Below, one piece after another: positions 1-9,284 of a stretch of DNA of 64,000 bases (position 1 is its first letter; each line of letters opens with the position of its first letter). Below the pieces are notes generated by a model that made no database searches, was not told where the DNA came from, and worked only from the letters and a program-made list of their open reading frames with translations. The position numbers and the translations under genes were made by a program. The stretch comes from a virus, in IMG/VR virus record IMGVR_UViG_3300032605_000009, positions 1 through 64,000 of that record. One strand, given 5' to 3'.

Positions 1-2
1 CT

Positions 3-539
3 GCTGCATCCTCTGCTACTACGGGTGTTCAGTGGTCAACTCCGTCTGTTTATTCGGCCCCAACAATTGGTTCTACATCAATTGCATCTGGCGCCACAGT
101 ATCTACTATTGCGGGACTAACAACTACTGGACAAGTATTTGATTACCCTATTGAAAACTGGTACATCAACTCAGCAGCGTTTGCTGGTTATACTGCTTAC
201 CTACAGACAAATAACTCATCAGTCCACTACTTGACTGGAACATCAACTGCTTCGGGCACATTAAATATTACTGCCGCCTCTGGAACAACACTCAACTCCT
301 TAATGTCTACGGGTCAAGCAATTACATTTTCTCTTTTAGTTACAAACGGCTCAACGCCGTATTACGCAAATGCGTATCAAGTAGATGGAACCACATCAGG
401 TGTGACAGTTAAGTGGACTGGTGGAACTGCTCCATTAGCAGGTAACGCAAGCGCAGTAGACGTTTACCAATTCACTATTCTTAAAACCGCCTCAGCAACA
501 TGGACAGTCTTCGCTGCTGGCCCTGTTAAGTACGTATAG
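3..539 (+). CDS. virion fibre/structural protein, 5'-truncated by window
   Basis: Frame is open from position 3 into the 231..539 ORF; Thr/Ser/Gly-rich beta-type C-terminus (VKWTGGTAP...VDVYQFTILKT) typical of fibre C-terminal domains. Confidence 0.6.
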   Translation, partial: AASSATTGVQWSTPSVYSAPTIGSTSIASGATVSTIAGLTTTGQVFDYPIENWYINSAAFAGYTAYLQTNNSSVHYLTGTSTASGTLNITAASGTTLNSLMSTGQAITFSLLVTNGSTPYYANAYQVDGTTSGVTVKWTGGTAPLAGNASAVDVYQFTILKTASATWTVFAAGPVKYV

Positions 540-548
540 GAGATATAA

Positions 549-1409
549 ATGCCATTTTTTAGTCCTGTATCTGCTGGTGGAGTAGGTAAAGCAACTGTTA
601 CCGCTACGACTGGTTCTCCTACCGTTGACACAACCTCTCGTACTGGTAAGACCATTTATAAGTTTACCGGCTCTGGCTCCATCACTATTGGTACTGCTGG
701 TTATGCCGAAGTGCTGGTAATTGGCGGTGGCGGCGGAGGCAGCGGAGGCGGACAATTTGGAAGCGCAGGAGGCGGTGCCGGCGGTTATTATTACAACACA
801 TCAACATTTTTAACAGCCGGAACATTAACAGTTACAGTAGGTGCAGGTGGTTCTGCAAACACTTTTACAAATTCTAGCGCTTTTGCTGGAAATGGTTCAC
901 TAATTGGAACGCTATCTATCCCCGGTGGTGGTGGAGGCGGCGGTGCAGCAGGAAACTTTGGCGGAAATGCCGGAGGTTCTGGTGGTGGTGCTTATGGAGA
1001 CCTTGGTGCAGCAGGAGGCGCTGTTATTGCTCCCGGGTTAGGTTACGCAGGAGGCGGCGGGGGTGGTGTAGGCGGTGGCAGCGGTGGTGGTGCTGGCGGT
1101 GCCGGTAATGCTGGTACTGGAACATCAGGTTATTCTGGCGGTGCTGGCGGAACTGGTGCGTCTAATTCAATTACCGGTTCATCAGTTACTTACGCTGGAG
1201 GCGGCGGAGGCGGAGGCTACACTTCCGGTTCTGGCGGTTCTGGCGGTTCTGGCGGTGGTGGCAATGGTGGTGCTGGTACAGGTGCTTCTGGTTCTGCGGG
1301 AACAGCAAACACCGGAGGTGGTGGTGGTGGTTCTGGCAGTAATAATGGCTCACCTGCCCCACTTGGCGCTGCAGGTGGCTCAGGCTATTTAGTAGTAGTG
1401 ATTGGATAA
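549..1409 (+). CDS. glycine-rich domain virion protein (adhesin-like)
   Basis: SD AGGAG; VLVIGGGGGG and GGSGYLVVV boundaries with many poly-Gly runs. Confidence 0.7.
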   Translation: MPFFSPVSAGGVGKATVTATTGSPTVDTTSRTGKTIYKFTGSGSITIGTAGYAEVLVIGGGGGGSGGGQFGSAGGGAGGYYYNTSTFLTAGTLTVTVGAGGSANTFTNSSAFAGNGSLIGTLSIPGGGGGGGAAGNFGGNAGGSGGGAYGDLGAAGGAVIAPGLGYAGGGGGGVGGGSGGGAGGAGNAGTGTSGYSGGAGGTGASNSITGSSVTYAGGGGGGGYTSGSGGSGGSGGGGNGGAGTGASGSAGTANTGGGGGGSGSNNGSPAPLGAAGGSGYLVVVIG

Positions 1410-1412
1410 CTC

Positions 1413-1829
1413 ATGGCACATTTTGCAAAAATAAACTTAGACAATATTGTTGAACAAGTAATTGTCGTATCTAACTGCGCCCTTAACTCTTGTATTGGTA
1501 AAGACCATTGGGATTACCAAGAGGAGTACCACGCTGACCATACAGGCACAGCAGACTTCCCAGAACAAGAGGCACTAGGTCAAAAAGTACTTGCTGACTC
1601 TGGTTTTGAGGGAACATGGAAACAGACTTCTTACAATACTCGCGCTGGCGTTCATTATGGCCCTGATGGAACTCCTGATGGAAAGACTCAGTACCGTGGC
1701 AATCACGCTGGTGTTGGAATGATTTATGATGCTACGCATGATGCTTTTATCGTGCCTCAACCCAGCCCAACTGCTGTGTTAAACACAACAACATTTACAT
1801 GGGAAGAGCCAGCGGCTCCAACAGCTTAA
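1413..1829 (+). CDS. hypothetical partner of Gly-rich protein
   Basis: MAHFAKI..VEQVIVV / WKQTSYN / GMIYD..DAFI pattern commonly found after Gly-rich phage proteins. Confidence 0.65.
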   Translation: MAHFAKINLDNIVEQVIVVSNCALNSCIGKDHWDYQEEYHADHTGTADFPEQEALGQKVLADSGFEGTWKQTSYNTRAGVHYGPDGTPDGKTQYRGNHAGVGMIYDATHDAFIVPQPSPTAVLNTTTFTWEEPAAPTA

Positions 1830-1865
1830 CGCCCGAATTCCCTAAAGAACTGAGAGAATAATCCA

Positions 1866-2333
1866 ATGGCCACAGCAACTTTTGATGAGTTACTGCTTAG
1901 TTCAGCAGCAACCAAAAAGTTCTTTGCCAGAATCTCTCTTCCTGAGACTACAGATGGGTGTTGGGAGTGGTGCGGCACTGTAACATCACAAGGTTATGGG
2001 CACCATTACTGTGGAATTGAGACCAACAAGATTGGCCGTGTGCACCGTCTAGCTTACGAGTGCTGGGTAGGCAAAATACCTGAGGGTATGACCATCGACC
2101 ATCTCTGCAGAAACCGTAAATGCTTAAACGTTAACCATTTAGAGGTTGTCTCTAGAGGAGATAATGTACGTAGAGCTAGAGCAGCTGTTACTCACTGCCC
2201 TAGAGGCCATGAGTACACAAAGGACAACATCAGAGCTACTAAGCGCTTAAATGGCGAAAGATCCTGTCTAAAATGTCATAGAGACCGAGAACATGCGCGG
2301 TTTCTAGCTAAGAAGAAAGAATCGGTGAGATAG
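1866..2333 (+). CDS. free-standing HNH homing endonuclease
   Basis: CWEW.G..GYG, HRLAYE, IDHLCRNRKCLNVNHL; C-terminal THCPRGHEY..CLKC Zn module; AGA-rich codon usage unlike neighbours. Confidence 0.9.
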   Translation: MATATFDELLLSSAATKKFFARISLPETTDGCWEWCGTVTSQGYGHHYCGIETNKIGRVHRLAYECWVGKIPEGMTIDHLCRNRKCLNVNHLEVVSRGDNVRRARAAVTHCPRGHEYTKDNIRATKRLNGERSCLKCHRDREHARFLAKKKESVR

Positions 2334-2791
2334 TGGCGGTTAAGCGTTTTGATGGCACCCAGTGGGTGAACTATGCTGGTAACGGCGTTCAAGGCATCCA
2401 GGGTACCCAAGGCCTATCAGGCACTGCGGGAGCTCAAGGTACTAACGGAGCTACTGGAGCTCAAGGTACAGCTGGTACAGCAGGTTCTGCTGGTGCCTCT
2501 GGTATCTTTACGCCTAACGTAATCTCTACCAACACTAACCTCGCCTCTCAGAACTCGTACTTTGTTACGACTTCTGGTGGAGCGCTTACGCTGACCTTGC
2601 CTTCTTCCCCTTCAGTTGGAGCAGAAATCCACGTCTTTGACGCAACAGGCAACGCCGCTAGCAATAACATTACTGTTGCTAACAACGGCTCAAACGTTAA
2701 CGGCGCCTCACAAAACCTAACAATTGATAAGGCATATGCCGCAGTCAACCTAGTATATGTAGGTTCATCCTACGGATGGAGAGTCTCATAA
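2333..2791 (+). CDS. short collagen-repeat fibre-like protein
   Basis: GXQ/GXA triplets followed by a TLTLPSSPSVG..IHVFD beta domain. Confidence 0.65.
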   Translation: MAVKRFDGTQWVNYAGNGVQGIQGTQGLSGTAGAQGTNGATGAQGTAGTAGSAGASGIFTPNVISTNTNLASQNSYFVTTSGGALTLTLPSSPSVGAEIHVFDATGNAASNNITVANNGSNVNGASQNLTIDKAYAAVNLVYVGSSYGWRVS

Positions 2792-3612
2792 TGGCTATAA
2801 GTTATTCTTCTCTTACCTCGTCTAACCCACCAACTGTTATTGGTGTACCTAATACCGTTAATCTTCGCGCTACTTACACCTCAACAACTAACGGTTTGTC
2901 CTTTCCTAACTCGCAGGTTTACGTTTTAGTAATTGGCGGCGGCGGCTCTGGCTCTGGTGGAGGAAACTACTCTTATGCTGGTGGCGCTGGGGCAGTGCTG
3001 CAGGGATGGGTACCATCCCCTACATCAGTTACTGTTGGCGCGGGAGGTGTTTACAACAACACATTTATGGGTGGGTACAGCTTGGCGGGATCTTTAGTGG
3101 CAAACGGTGGCGGTGGCGGCAATGGCACTAACGCTGGAGGAGCGGCAGGAAATGCTGGACCAAGTGGCAATAGCCCAACTTCTAACGCAACTTATTATAT
3201 GTCTTCTATGTCATCGAACGTAGGCACTATTAATGGAAACGTTTCAGTTGGCGTTGGTACATCTGGCTCAGGGTCAGGTCAGGGTGGGGCAGCAAGTCTT
3301 TACGCTGCTGCTGGAGGAGCTCAGCCAAACTTCAACGCTGGTGGAGGAAACGCTGGGGGATCCTCTATTATCGGAGGATACTCTGGAGGTAATGGAGGAA
3401 ACTCGGCCTCTGGAAATGCTGGAGGTGGCGGTGGCGGTGGAGCTGGTTTCTTAGGAAATGGTTCTGCTGGAAATAACTACTCGGGAACTACTGGCGGTAA
3501 CGGCGGATCTGGTGGTTCTGGCGGTGGAGGCGGAGGAGCTGGCGGTAGCGGTAACAGCGCTAACGGCGGTGGCGGCAATGGCGGCAATGGCTGCGTATTG
3601 GTTTACTACTAA
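2791..3612 (+). CDS. glycine-rich domain virion protein
   Basis: TAATG overlap start; VLVIGGGGSG...GGNGCVLVYY. Confidence 0.7.
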   Translation: MAISYSSLTSSNPPTVIGVPNTVNLRATYTSTTNGLSFPNSQVYVLVIGGGGSGSGGGNYSYAGGAGAVLQGWVPSPTSVTVGAGGVYNNTFMGGYSLAGSLVANGGGGGNGTNAGGAAGNAGPSGNSPTSNATYYMSSMSSNVGTINGNVSVGVGTSGSGSGQGGAASLYAAAGGAQPNFNAGGGNAGGSSIIGGYSGGNGGNSASGNAGGGGGGGAGFLGNGSAGNNYSGTTGGNGGSGGSGGGGGGAGGSGNSANGGGGNGGNGCVLVYY

Positions 3613-3623
3613 GGAGGTATGTA

Positions 3624-3827
3624 ATGGCTAATTTTGCAATATTGTTTAACGGCGTTGTGCACAATGTGGTAGTTGCTGATGACGCATCTAATGCCCAAGA
3701 GTCTTGTCCTGCAAATGCTCAGGCAATTGAGATAACTGGTCCTTGCGGCTACGGTTGGACATACGATGGCGCTAACTTTGTGGCACCTAAAGCCGCAGAA
3801 CCTACTACACCAGCGGCAGGAGCATAA
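3624..3827 (+). CDS. hypothetical partner of Gly-rich protein
   Basis: SD AAGGAGG; MANFAIL..VHNVVVAD..GWTYDG, distantly similar to 1413..1829. Confidence 0.65.
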   Translation: MANFAILFNGVVHNVVVADDASNAQESCPANAQAIEITGPCGYGWTYDGANFVAPKAAEPTTPAAGA

Positions 3828-3829
3828 AA

Positions 3830-3961
3830 ATGGCTGTTTACAACTATAAGTGTGATGTCTGCGGACATGAATACCAAGAAGGCCGACTTCCAAGCGAAGA
3901 GCAATGGAAGACTGCCTGCACTGTTAAAGGCTGCACAGGAACTAATATCGAAGTCAAGTAG
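3830..3961 (+). CDS. small zinc-ribbon protein (FmdB-like), 43 aa
   Basis: Read by hand: MAVYNYKCDVCGHEYQE...ACTVKGC; SD AGGAG; fills the gap between genes. Confidence 0.65.
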   Translation: MAVYNYKCDVCGHEYQEGRLPSEEQWKTACTVKGCTGTNIEVK

Positions 3962-3999
3962 GTCTGTGGTACCCTAGTGCCCTAACTAAGGAGCACTAG

Positions 4000-4185
4000 A
4001 TGGCAACTACACCTAAACCCGCTACGCAAAAACTGTTCACCTATAACGTCAATATGCTTATCCAAGTATTTGGCGAGGACGAAAAAGCTGCTAAGGCTAA
4101 GTTGGACGCAGAAGGCGGCTTTGTATCTAAGCGAGAGGTTTCTCTTGTAAAGACTACAGAACTACCTAACAGCTTTGCTAAGTAG
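4000..4185 (+). CDS. hypothetical protein
   Basis: SD AAGGAG, ORF track. Confidence 0.65.
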   Translation: MATTPKPATQKLFTYNVNMLIQVFGEDEKAAKAKLDAEGGFVSKREVSLVKTTELPNSFAK

Positions 4186-4190
4186 TCGAT

Positions 4191-4979
4191 ATGCCAAATA
4201 TCATCTTTACTGACACTATGGGCGTACCTGAAGAGTTTCGCCCTAAGCCAGCATCTGCATCTGTACCTGATTGGTATAAGAACTTAGAGTCTTATATGGG
4301 TGGAGAAAAAAAGCCTGATGGTAACGGAGGTACGCCAGCCTCTATCAAGCGGTGTATGCCTGTCTTTGACGCCATTACTGGTGGCTATATCTTGTACACA
4401 TACTGTGATGTATATATCTCCCAGAAAAATGCTGAGTACGGCGACAGAGAGCACTTTGAGGCTACGGGAGAGACCAAGCTTCTTACCAAAGCCCAGATGA
4501 AGCGTAAGAAACTACCTTTGACAACACCTCATTATGAGTGGCCGTCTTTTGGCCCTATTCAGTTTCATCCAGTAGCTCAAGCACCTACGCATCCAAATCG
4601 CAATGGGCTGCCAGACCATGGTTCTTACCCTAAGTGGATTAATCCTTGGTCTATCAAGACACCTAAAGGCTACTCAGTCCTCTTTACTCAGCCTATGCAC
4701 CGTGAATCGCCATTTACTATTCTTGATGGCATAGTTGATACAGACGGCTACAACGCGCCTGTCAACTTTCCGTTTGTGCTTAATGACTGGGGCTTTGAAG
4801 GAATCATCCCAGCAGGAACTCCTATGGCTCAGGTTATTCCGTTTAAGCGCGAAGACTGGAAGATGGAGATTGGCAAAGAGGAAGATTACAGAGACCAAGC
4901 TAAAACGACTACTCGTCTGCGTACTAGTTTCTTTGACTCATACAAAGATAAGTTCCGTCAACCAAAGGGGTATAAGTAA
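4191..4979 (+). CDS. conserved phage hypothetical (DUF6065-like)
   Basis: KRCMPVFDA, KWINPWSIKTPKGYS, GIVDTD, GTPMAQVIPFKRE motifs. Confidence 0.55.
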   Translation: MPNIIFTDTMGVPEEFRPKPASASVPDWYKNLESYMGGEKKPDGNGGTPASIKRCMPVFDAITGGYILYTYCDVYISQKNAEYGDREHFEATGETKLLTKAQMKRKKLPLTTPHYEWPSFGPIQFHPVAQAPTHPNRNGLPDHGSYPKWINPWSIKTPKGYSVLFTQPMHRESPFTILDGIVDTDGYNAPVNFPFVLNDWGFEGIIPAGTPMAQVIPFKREDWKMEIGKEEDYRDQAKTTTRLRTSFFDSYKDKFRQPKGYK

Positions 4980-5704
4980 TGGCCTCTAAGAAGGACTTAC
5001 TAACCATTGCTTGGTGCGATGGCGGTATGACGGACGGTAAGTTTACTCAGGGCTTGGTCTACACAATACTCCAAGCCCACAAGGCTGGCTACAAGGTTGA
5101 TCAAGCCCTACGCGTACATGGCAATCAGATTGGGCGCCAGCGCCAAGTCCTGATTGATGCTTGGTACGACAAGTCCAAGACTGACTGGATCCTCTGGGTG
5201 GATAGTGATATCCAGCTAACTATGCCTATCCTAGATACCCTCTGGGAGGCCGCAAACCCCGTTATAAGGCCCGTAGTCTCTGGCGTCTACTTTATCTCCA
5301 AGCAGCCTGAGGGCACCCTTACATTCCCGCTTCCAGCCCTGTTCAACGACATTACTGAGTTCTCTATGCAGCATGTACACCCGCTGCCTGAAAATGAGCT
5401 TATTAAGGTCGATAGCGCTGGCATGGGGCTTGTACTAATGCACCGCTCAGTCATGGATAAGCTTCGTGCCGAGTTCCCTACTCAATCGGTATTTGCTGAG
5501 CAAGAGGGCCGAGGCAATGAATATGTCAGCGAGGATATCGTATTCTTCCGCAACCTTAAGAAGATAGGCGTACCTGTTTATGCCCACACTGGAGCTATTG
5601 GCACTCACGTCAAGCGCTTCAACTTAGACGCCGACTATTACAACCTATTCTGGAAGAATTATGTAGATGAGCACCCAGAAATGCGTAGCGCCACCGACAA
5701 CTGA
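4979..5704 (+). CDS. GT-A fold (family 2-like) glycosyltransferase
   Basis: WILWVDSD (DxD), AGMGLVL, SEDIVF, AHTG motifs. Confidence 0.8.
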   Translation: MASKKDLLTIAWCDGGMTDGKFTQGLVYTILQAHKAGYKVDQALRVHGNQIGRQRQVLIDAWYDKSKTDWILWVDSDIQLTMPILDTLWEAANPVIRPVVSGVYFISKQPEGTLTFPLPALFNDITEFSMQHVHPLPENELIKVDSAGMGLVLMHRSVMDKLRAEFPTQSVFAEQEGRGNEYVSEDIVFFRNLKKIGVPVYAHTGAIGTHVKRFNLDADYYNLFWKNYVDEHPEMRSATDN

Positions 5705-5780
5705 GATCACTGTCTTTATTCCTATCTGGAGGACAGTAGACGATTATATTGACGACTTTGAGGCTCTAGACCTTATCTAG
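5667..5780 (+). CDS. small hypothetical protein, 37 aa
   Basis: Read by hand: MSTQKCVAPPTTEITVFIPIWRTVDDYIDDFEALDLI; overlaps the end of the glycosyltransferase gene. Confidence 0.4.
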   Translation: MSTQKCVAPPTTEITVFIPIWRTVDDYIDDFEALDLI

Positions 5781-5872
5781 GGCCTTAGAATTGATTCAAC
5801 TGGTACATAAATTCGTCTCGCTCCTTAGGGGGCTTCGTCTACCCCCTTCAATCCCTTCGCGAGAGGAAAATA

Positions 5873-7276
5873 ATGACAGTAAGAGATTCAGGCTACAAGC
5901 AAGTTCCATCAGGAAACGTTGCTGTAGATTTCGTCTGGGGTAACCTCCCAGCCCAAACAAACGATGACCGCTCAGGTTCATCTATTTCATTCAACGCCAC
6001 AGGCGGAACCTCAGGTTCATACGGCGGAGACGTTGTATCTGCAACCGTAACAGCTGCATCTGCTACAGGCGGAACAATCACCTACACAGCTGCTAACGAG
6101 TTTGCTGTAGGACAAAACGTAACAGTTACTGGCCTTAGCGGTTCAGTAGCTATCACAGGCATCACAGCTTCTGCTGGTGTTGTGACATACGCAACTTCTT
6201 CAACTGTAGGCCTTTCAGCAGGTCAAACAATCGTTGTATCTGGTGCTTCAACATCAGGCTTCAACGGCACATTCACAATCTTGGCTGTTACAAACAACAC
6301 CAACTTCACAGTTACCTCTGCTGCTACAGGTTCTACCTCAACAGCTACAGGTACATATAGCTCTGCCTTCAACCTAACTGGCGTTATCGCTACAGCTTCA
6401 ACCTCAACGTTCACTATCACAAGTGCTATCTCTGACCGCGCTGTTTCAGGTGCTACAGGCACAGCTACCGTCTACGCTGAACTTCTTGATGGAGTTGGCG
6501 CTGACTACGGTTGGGGAACAACCACAGACTTCACATCTAACGTCCTTACAGAGACCCAGCCAACAGTTACTGTTGGACAAGCTGGAGCCTACGTTGTTCC
6601 AAACGACAACACTGTTAACATCCTAAACGCTTATGAGGCTTTCCCTCTTAACGCTGGAAACAAGACAACAGGCTTCAACCCTGCGTATACCCTTCAAGCT
6701 ACTATCACAGGAGCTTCAGGAAACGGCACAACCGTTACCTACACAGGTGTAAACCACTTCTCAACAGGACAGACTGTGACAATCACAGGCTTGTACAACT
6801 ACGTATCAGCTGGCGCTAACCAACCAATTGCTACTCAGTACAACGCCCCTACCTACACAACAGCATCTGCTTACAACTTGAGCGCTGTGACAATCGCTTC
6901 GATTATCACAACCAACGGAGTTCAGACTGGCTTCACAGTTACAAACTCAACTCAAGACTCAACAGCAGCTACCCTCACAGGTGTCGCTGGTACAGCAGTT
7001 GTTTCAGTTGCAGCTTCAGCTTCAACAGGCTCTGTTCCAACAATCACAGGACTTACAATCAAGGAAGCTATTCGCCAACTTGGTCTTGCTAAGTTCAACA
7101 CAGGCACAATCACCTACACAACTTCAGGCGCTACTGTAAACAACGCAGGAACTGTTTACAGCCAGGCTCTTACAAGCACTCAGACACTCGGTACAGCAAT
7201 TAACTTTGTTGTCTACCGTTTGGCTACAGGTGAGAACCCAGGTGTTGCAGCAGGTACATTTACCTACACCAACTAA
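5873..7276 (+). CDS. Thr/Ala/Gly-rich repeat virion protein with C-terminal PASTA-like domain
   Basis: Three ITxxxxxxxxxTY..GQTVTITG repeats; VPTITGLTIKEA..GTVYSQ; strong codon bias like the capsid gene. Confidence 0.6.
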   Translation: MTVRDSGYKQVPSGNVAVDFVWGNLPAQTNDDRSGSSISFNATGGTSGSYGGDVVSATVTAASATGGTITYTAANEFAVGQNVTVTGLSGSVAITGITASAGVVTYATSSTVGLSAGQTIVVSGASTSGFNGTFTILAVTNNTNFTVTSAATGSTSTATGTYSSAFNLTGVIATASTSTFTITSAISDRAVSGATGTATVYAELLDGVGADYGWGTTTDFTSNVLTETQPTVTVGQAGAYVVPNDNTVNILNAYEAFPLNAGNKTTGFNPAYTLQATITGASGNGTTVTYTGVNHFSTGQTVTITGLYNYVSAGANQPIATQYNAPTYTTASAYNLSAVTIASIITTNGVQTGFTVTNSTQDSTAATLTGVAGTAVVSVAASASTGSVPTITGLTIKEAIRQLGLAKFNTGTITYTTSGATVNNAGTVYSQALTSTQTLGTAINFVVYRLATGENPGVAAGTFTYTN

Positions 7277-7285
7277 TCTCCAATA

Positions 7286-7326
7286 AGAAAGCCCCCCAGC
7301 CTTTTGGCTAGGGGGCTTTTTTATTT
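7286..7326. terminator. bidirectional intrinsic terminator
   Basis: AAGAAAGCCCCCCAGCC-TTTT-GGCTAGGGGGCTTTTTT between convergent genes. Confidence 0.85.
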
Positions 7327-7333
7327 AATGGAA

Positions 7334-7870
7334 TTAATACCAACCATGCACGTTGTGAAACGAGAGGGCGTTACAAGGGCTGCCATAACGAGATTGGATG
7401 TAGCGTAGGCCATCTTTGACCTGATCGACCGCTCCGACGGCCTTCTTTAAGTTGTAGTTAGCCCAGGTTGTAGGGAGGAACTGCGCGATTCCATACGCGT
7501 GCGAGCTCATGTTTAGGGCTTTAGGATTGAAGTGACTCTCTTCAGTCCACAAGGTGTTGAGGCACTTCCACTGCACCATCGAAACTCCTCGTGAGTATTC
7601 TGTTAGGAACGCGACTGTTTGAGGGTCAAAGTACTTGGCGTAAGTACTGGCCAAGGCGTTCTTGGCGTCTGCGCGAGTTGTCGTCACAGTTAAGTAATCT
7701 AGCGCCACTGTCACTGGCTTTTCATGTGTTGTGCTTAGGAGTCTCGCCAAAGGCTCTGACGCTAACGACACATCTGGTGACAGTAGTTGACCCCATACAA
7801 GGACCAAAGAAAACAAAGCTACTGCTACCTTCTTCACGTCGATCGTGAAGTTGATTCTGATATTAAGCAT
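7334..7870 (-). CDS. membrane-anchored/secreted lytic transglycosylase (SLT family)
   Basis: SD GAGGAG before ATG at 7870; N-terminal hydrophobic segment; CLNTLWTEES, YGIAQF, GLRYIQSRYGSPC..GWY. Confidence 0.85.
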   Translation of the reverse strand: MLNIRINFTIDVKKVAVALFSLVLVWGQLLSPDVSLASEPLARLLSTTHEKPVTVALDYLTVTTTRADAKNALASTYAKYFDPQTVAFLTEYSRGVSMVQWKCLNTLWTEESHFNPKALNMSSHAYGIAQFLPTTWANYNLKKAVGAVDQVKDGLRYIQSRYGSPCNALSFHNVHGWY

Positions 7871-8086
7871 TTCTGCTCCTCTCAGTAGAACACGAAAGAG
7901 AGTCATTACTGACTCCCTCATACTCTATAAAACACTAGAGTTACACTCGGTGTCAACTTCAAGCGACACTTTTATTGAGAAAACTATGCGTAACCGTGTA
8001 AAATTGATGCTATTGCACCTTCTGGGCTCTTGTATTTGGACAAATATTAGTTATAGATACGTAGCCCATACTCAGATAGGTGACCA

Positions 8087-8365
8087 ATGTCTACAACAAA
8101 TACCTTACAGGCTATTGCCGCTGGAACCGCAATCCTCGCCGCTTTGGTAGCAGGAGGCGGTTGGGTTATCCGTCATTACCTTTCAGAGCTGCGCCCTAAC
8201 CACGGCAGCTCACTTAACGACATTGTAAAGCTCCAGGTGCTTCCCATTCTAAAAAAGCTTGACGCCTCTCAAGATGAGATCAAGCACGAACAGACAGAGA
8301 TGAAGGTAGACATCGCACGTCTTGAAGGTCGCTTCGACCAATACGTGGAGGAGAACAAAGAGTAA
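8087..8365 (+). CDS. single-TM coiled-coil protein (holin-like/lysis accessory)
   Basis: N-terminal TM, ELRPNHGSSL motif, coiled C-terminus. Confidence 0.55.
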   Translation: MSTTNTLQAIAAGTAILAALVAGGGWVIRHYLSELRPNHGSSLNDIVKLQVLPILKKLDASQDEIKHEQTEMKVDIARLEGRFDQYVEENKE

Positions 8366-8847
8366 TGGCATATGAACCTAGAGTAGGCGATTACGGCGTA
8401 GTAAAGACTAACGGGTTCTTTGGCAAGCTTATCCGACTAGGCACTATGAGCCGTTGGAACCACGCATTTATCTACATCGGTGACGGTCAGATTGTTGAGG
8501 CTACTCCTGGAGGAGTAATTATCAGCCCTGTCTCTAAGTATCCGCTCATCGCATGGAACCAGCACGAGCCCCTAAGTGATGGAACCAGAGAAGTAATCAA
8601 AGCTAACGCCATAGCTCTAGTAGGTAAAGCCTACAGCTTCTTAACTATCGCACTACTAGCTTTTCGTATCTTAGGCGTCAAAGCTTTGTCTAACAGCAAG
8701 GTTATGGGGTACATGGCGCAGAAGGAAGGCTACATCTGCTCTGAGCTTGTAGAAGAGTGCTACGACAAAGCTAATTACGTTCTATTAAATAAGTTTGACT
8801 ATCTAGTCGTCCCAGGAGATCTATCAGAAAGGTTGGTGTACCAGTGA
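8365..8847 (+). CDS. permuted papain-like NlpC/P60 amidase (YiiX/YebB-like)
   Basis: WNHAFIY..IVEA, GKAY, YICSELV. Confidence 0.8.
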   Translation: MAYEPRVGDYGVVKTNGFFGKLIRLGTMSRWNHAFIYIGDGQIVEATPGGVIISPVSKYPLIAWNQHEPLSDGTREVIKANAIALVGKAYSFLTIALLAFRILGVKALSNSKVMGYMAQKEGYICSELVEECYDKANYVLLNKFDYLVVPGDLSERLVYQ

Positions 8848-9284
8848 CAGATGCACATAAGCAAGCAATGAACCTTCATCTTGCCGTTTCAGTACCTGAG
8901 CATGAGCCTCGTGAGAGCGATCCTCATTATCACCTATTCAATCAAGCTAAAGCTCGTATCAAGAAGCAGGGTCTGTGGAAGTGCGTAATCAATGACGATC
9001 TGTGCTCTGGAGGACCGGAACTCCATCACAGCCATATTGAGTTCTCGCAGGTTAACAACATGGACCCTAAGAAGGTTGAGCAGGCATTTGGTCTTCACTT
9101 CACCAACGATGAGGACTTCCAAGAGTGGATCGAGAGCCCTGGAAATCTAGAGGTCCTCTGTGAAGCTCACCACAGAACACGTTTTGGCATACATGAAATT
9201 CCAGCACCTCTATGGGAAACCTTTCGCTACAGGAAGGAAGGAACAGAGGCTGCTGCACAAGTAGTAACGGAGGCTGACAAATGA
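8844..9284 (+). CDS. HNH-fold protein
   Basis: C..C..ELHHSH, NLEVLCEAHH..GIH. Confidence 0.6.
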   Translation: MTDAHKQAMNLHLAVSVPEHEPRESDPHYHLFNQAKARIKKQGLWKCVINDDLCSGGPELHHSHIEFSQVNNMDPKKVEQAFGLHFTNDEDFQEWIESPGNLEVLCEAHHRTRFGIHEIPAPLWETFRYRKEGTEAAAQVVTEADK

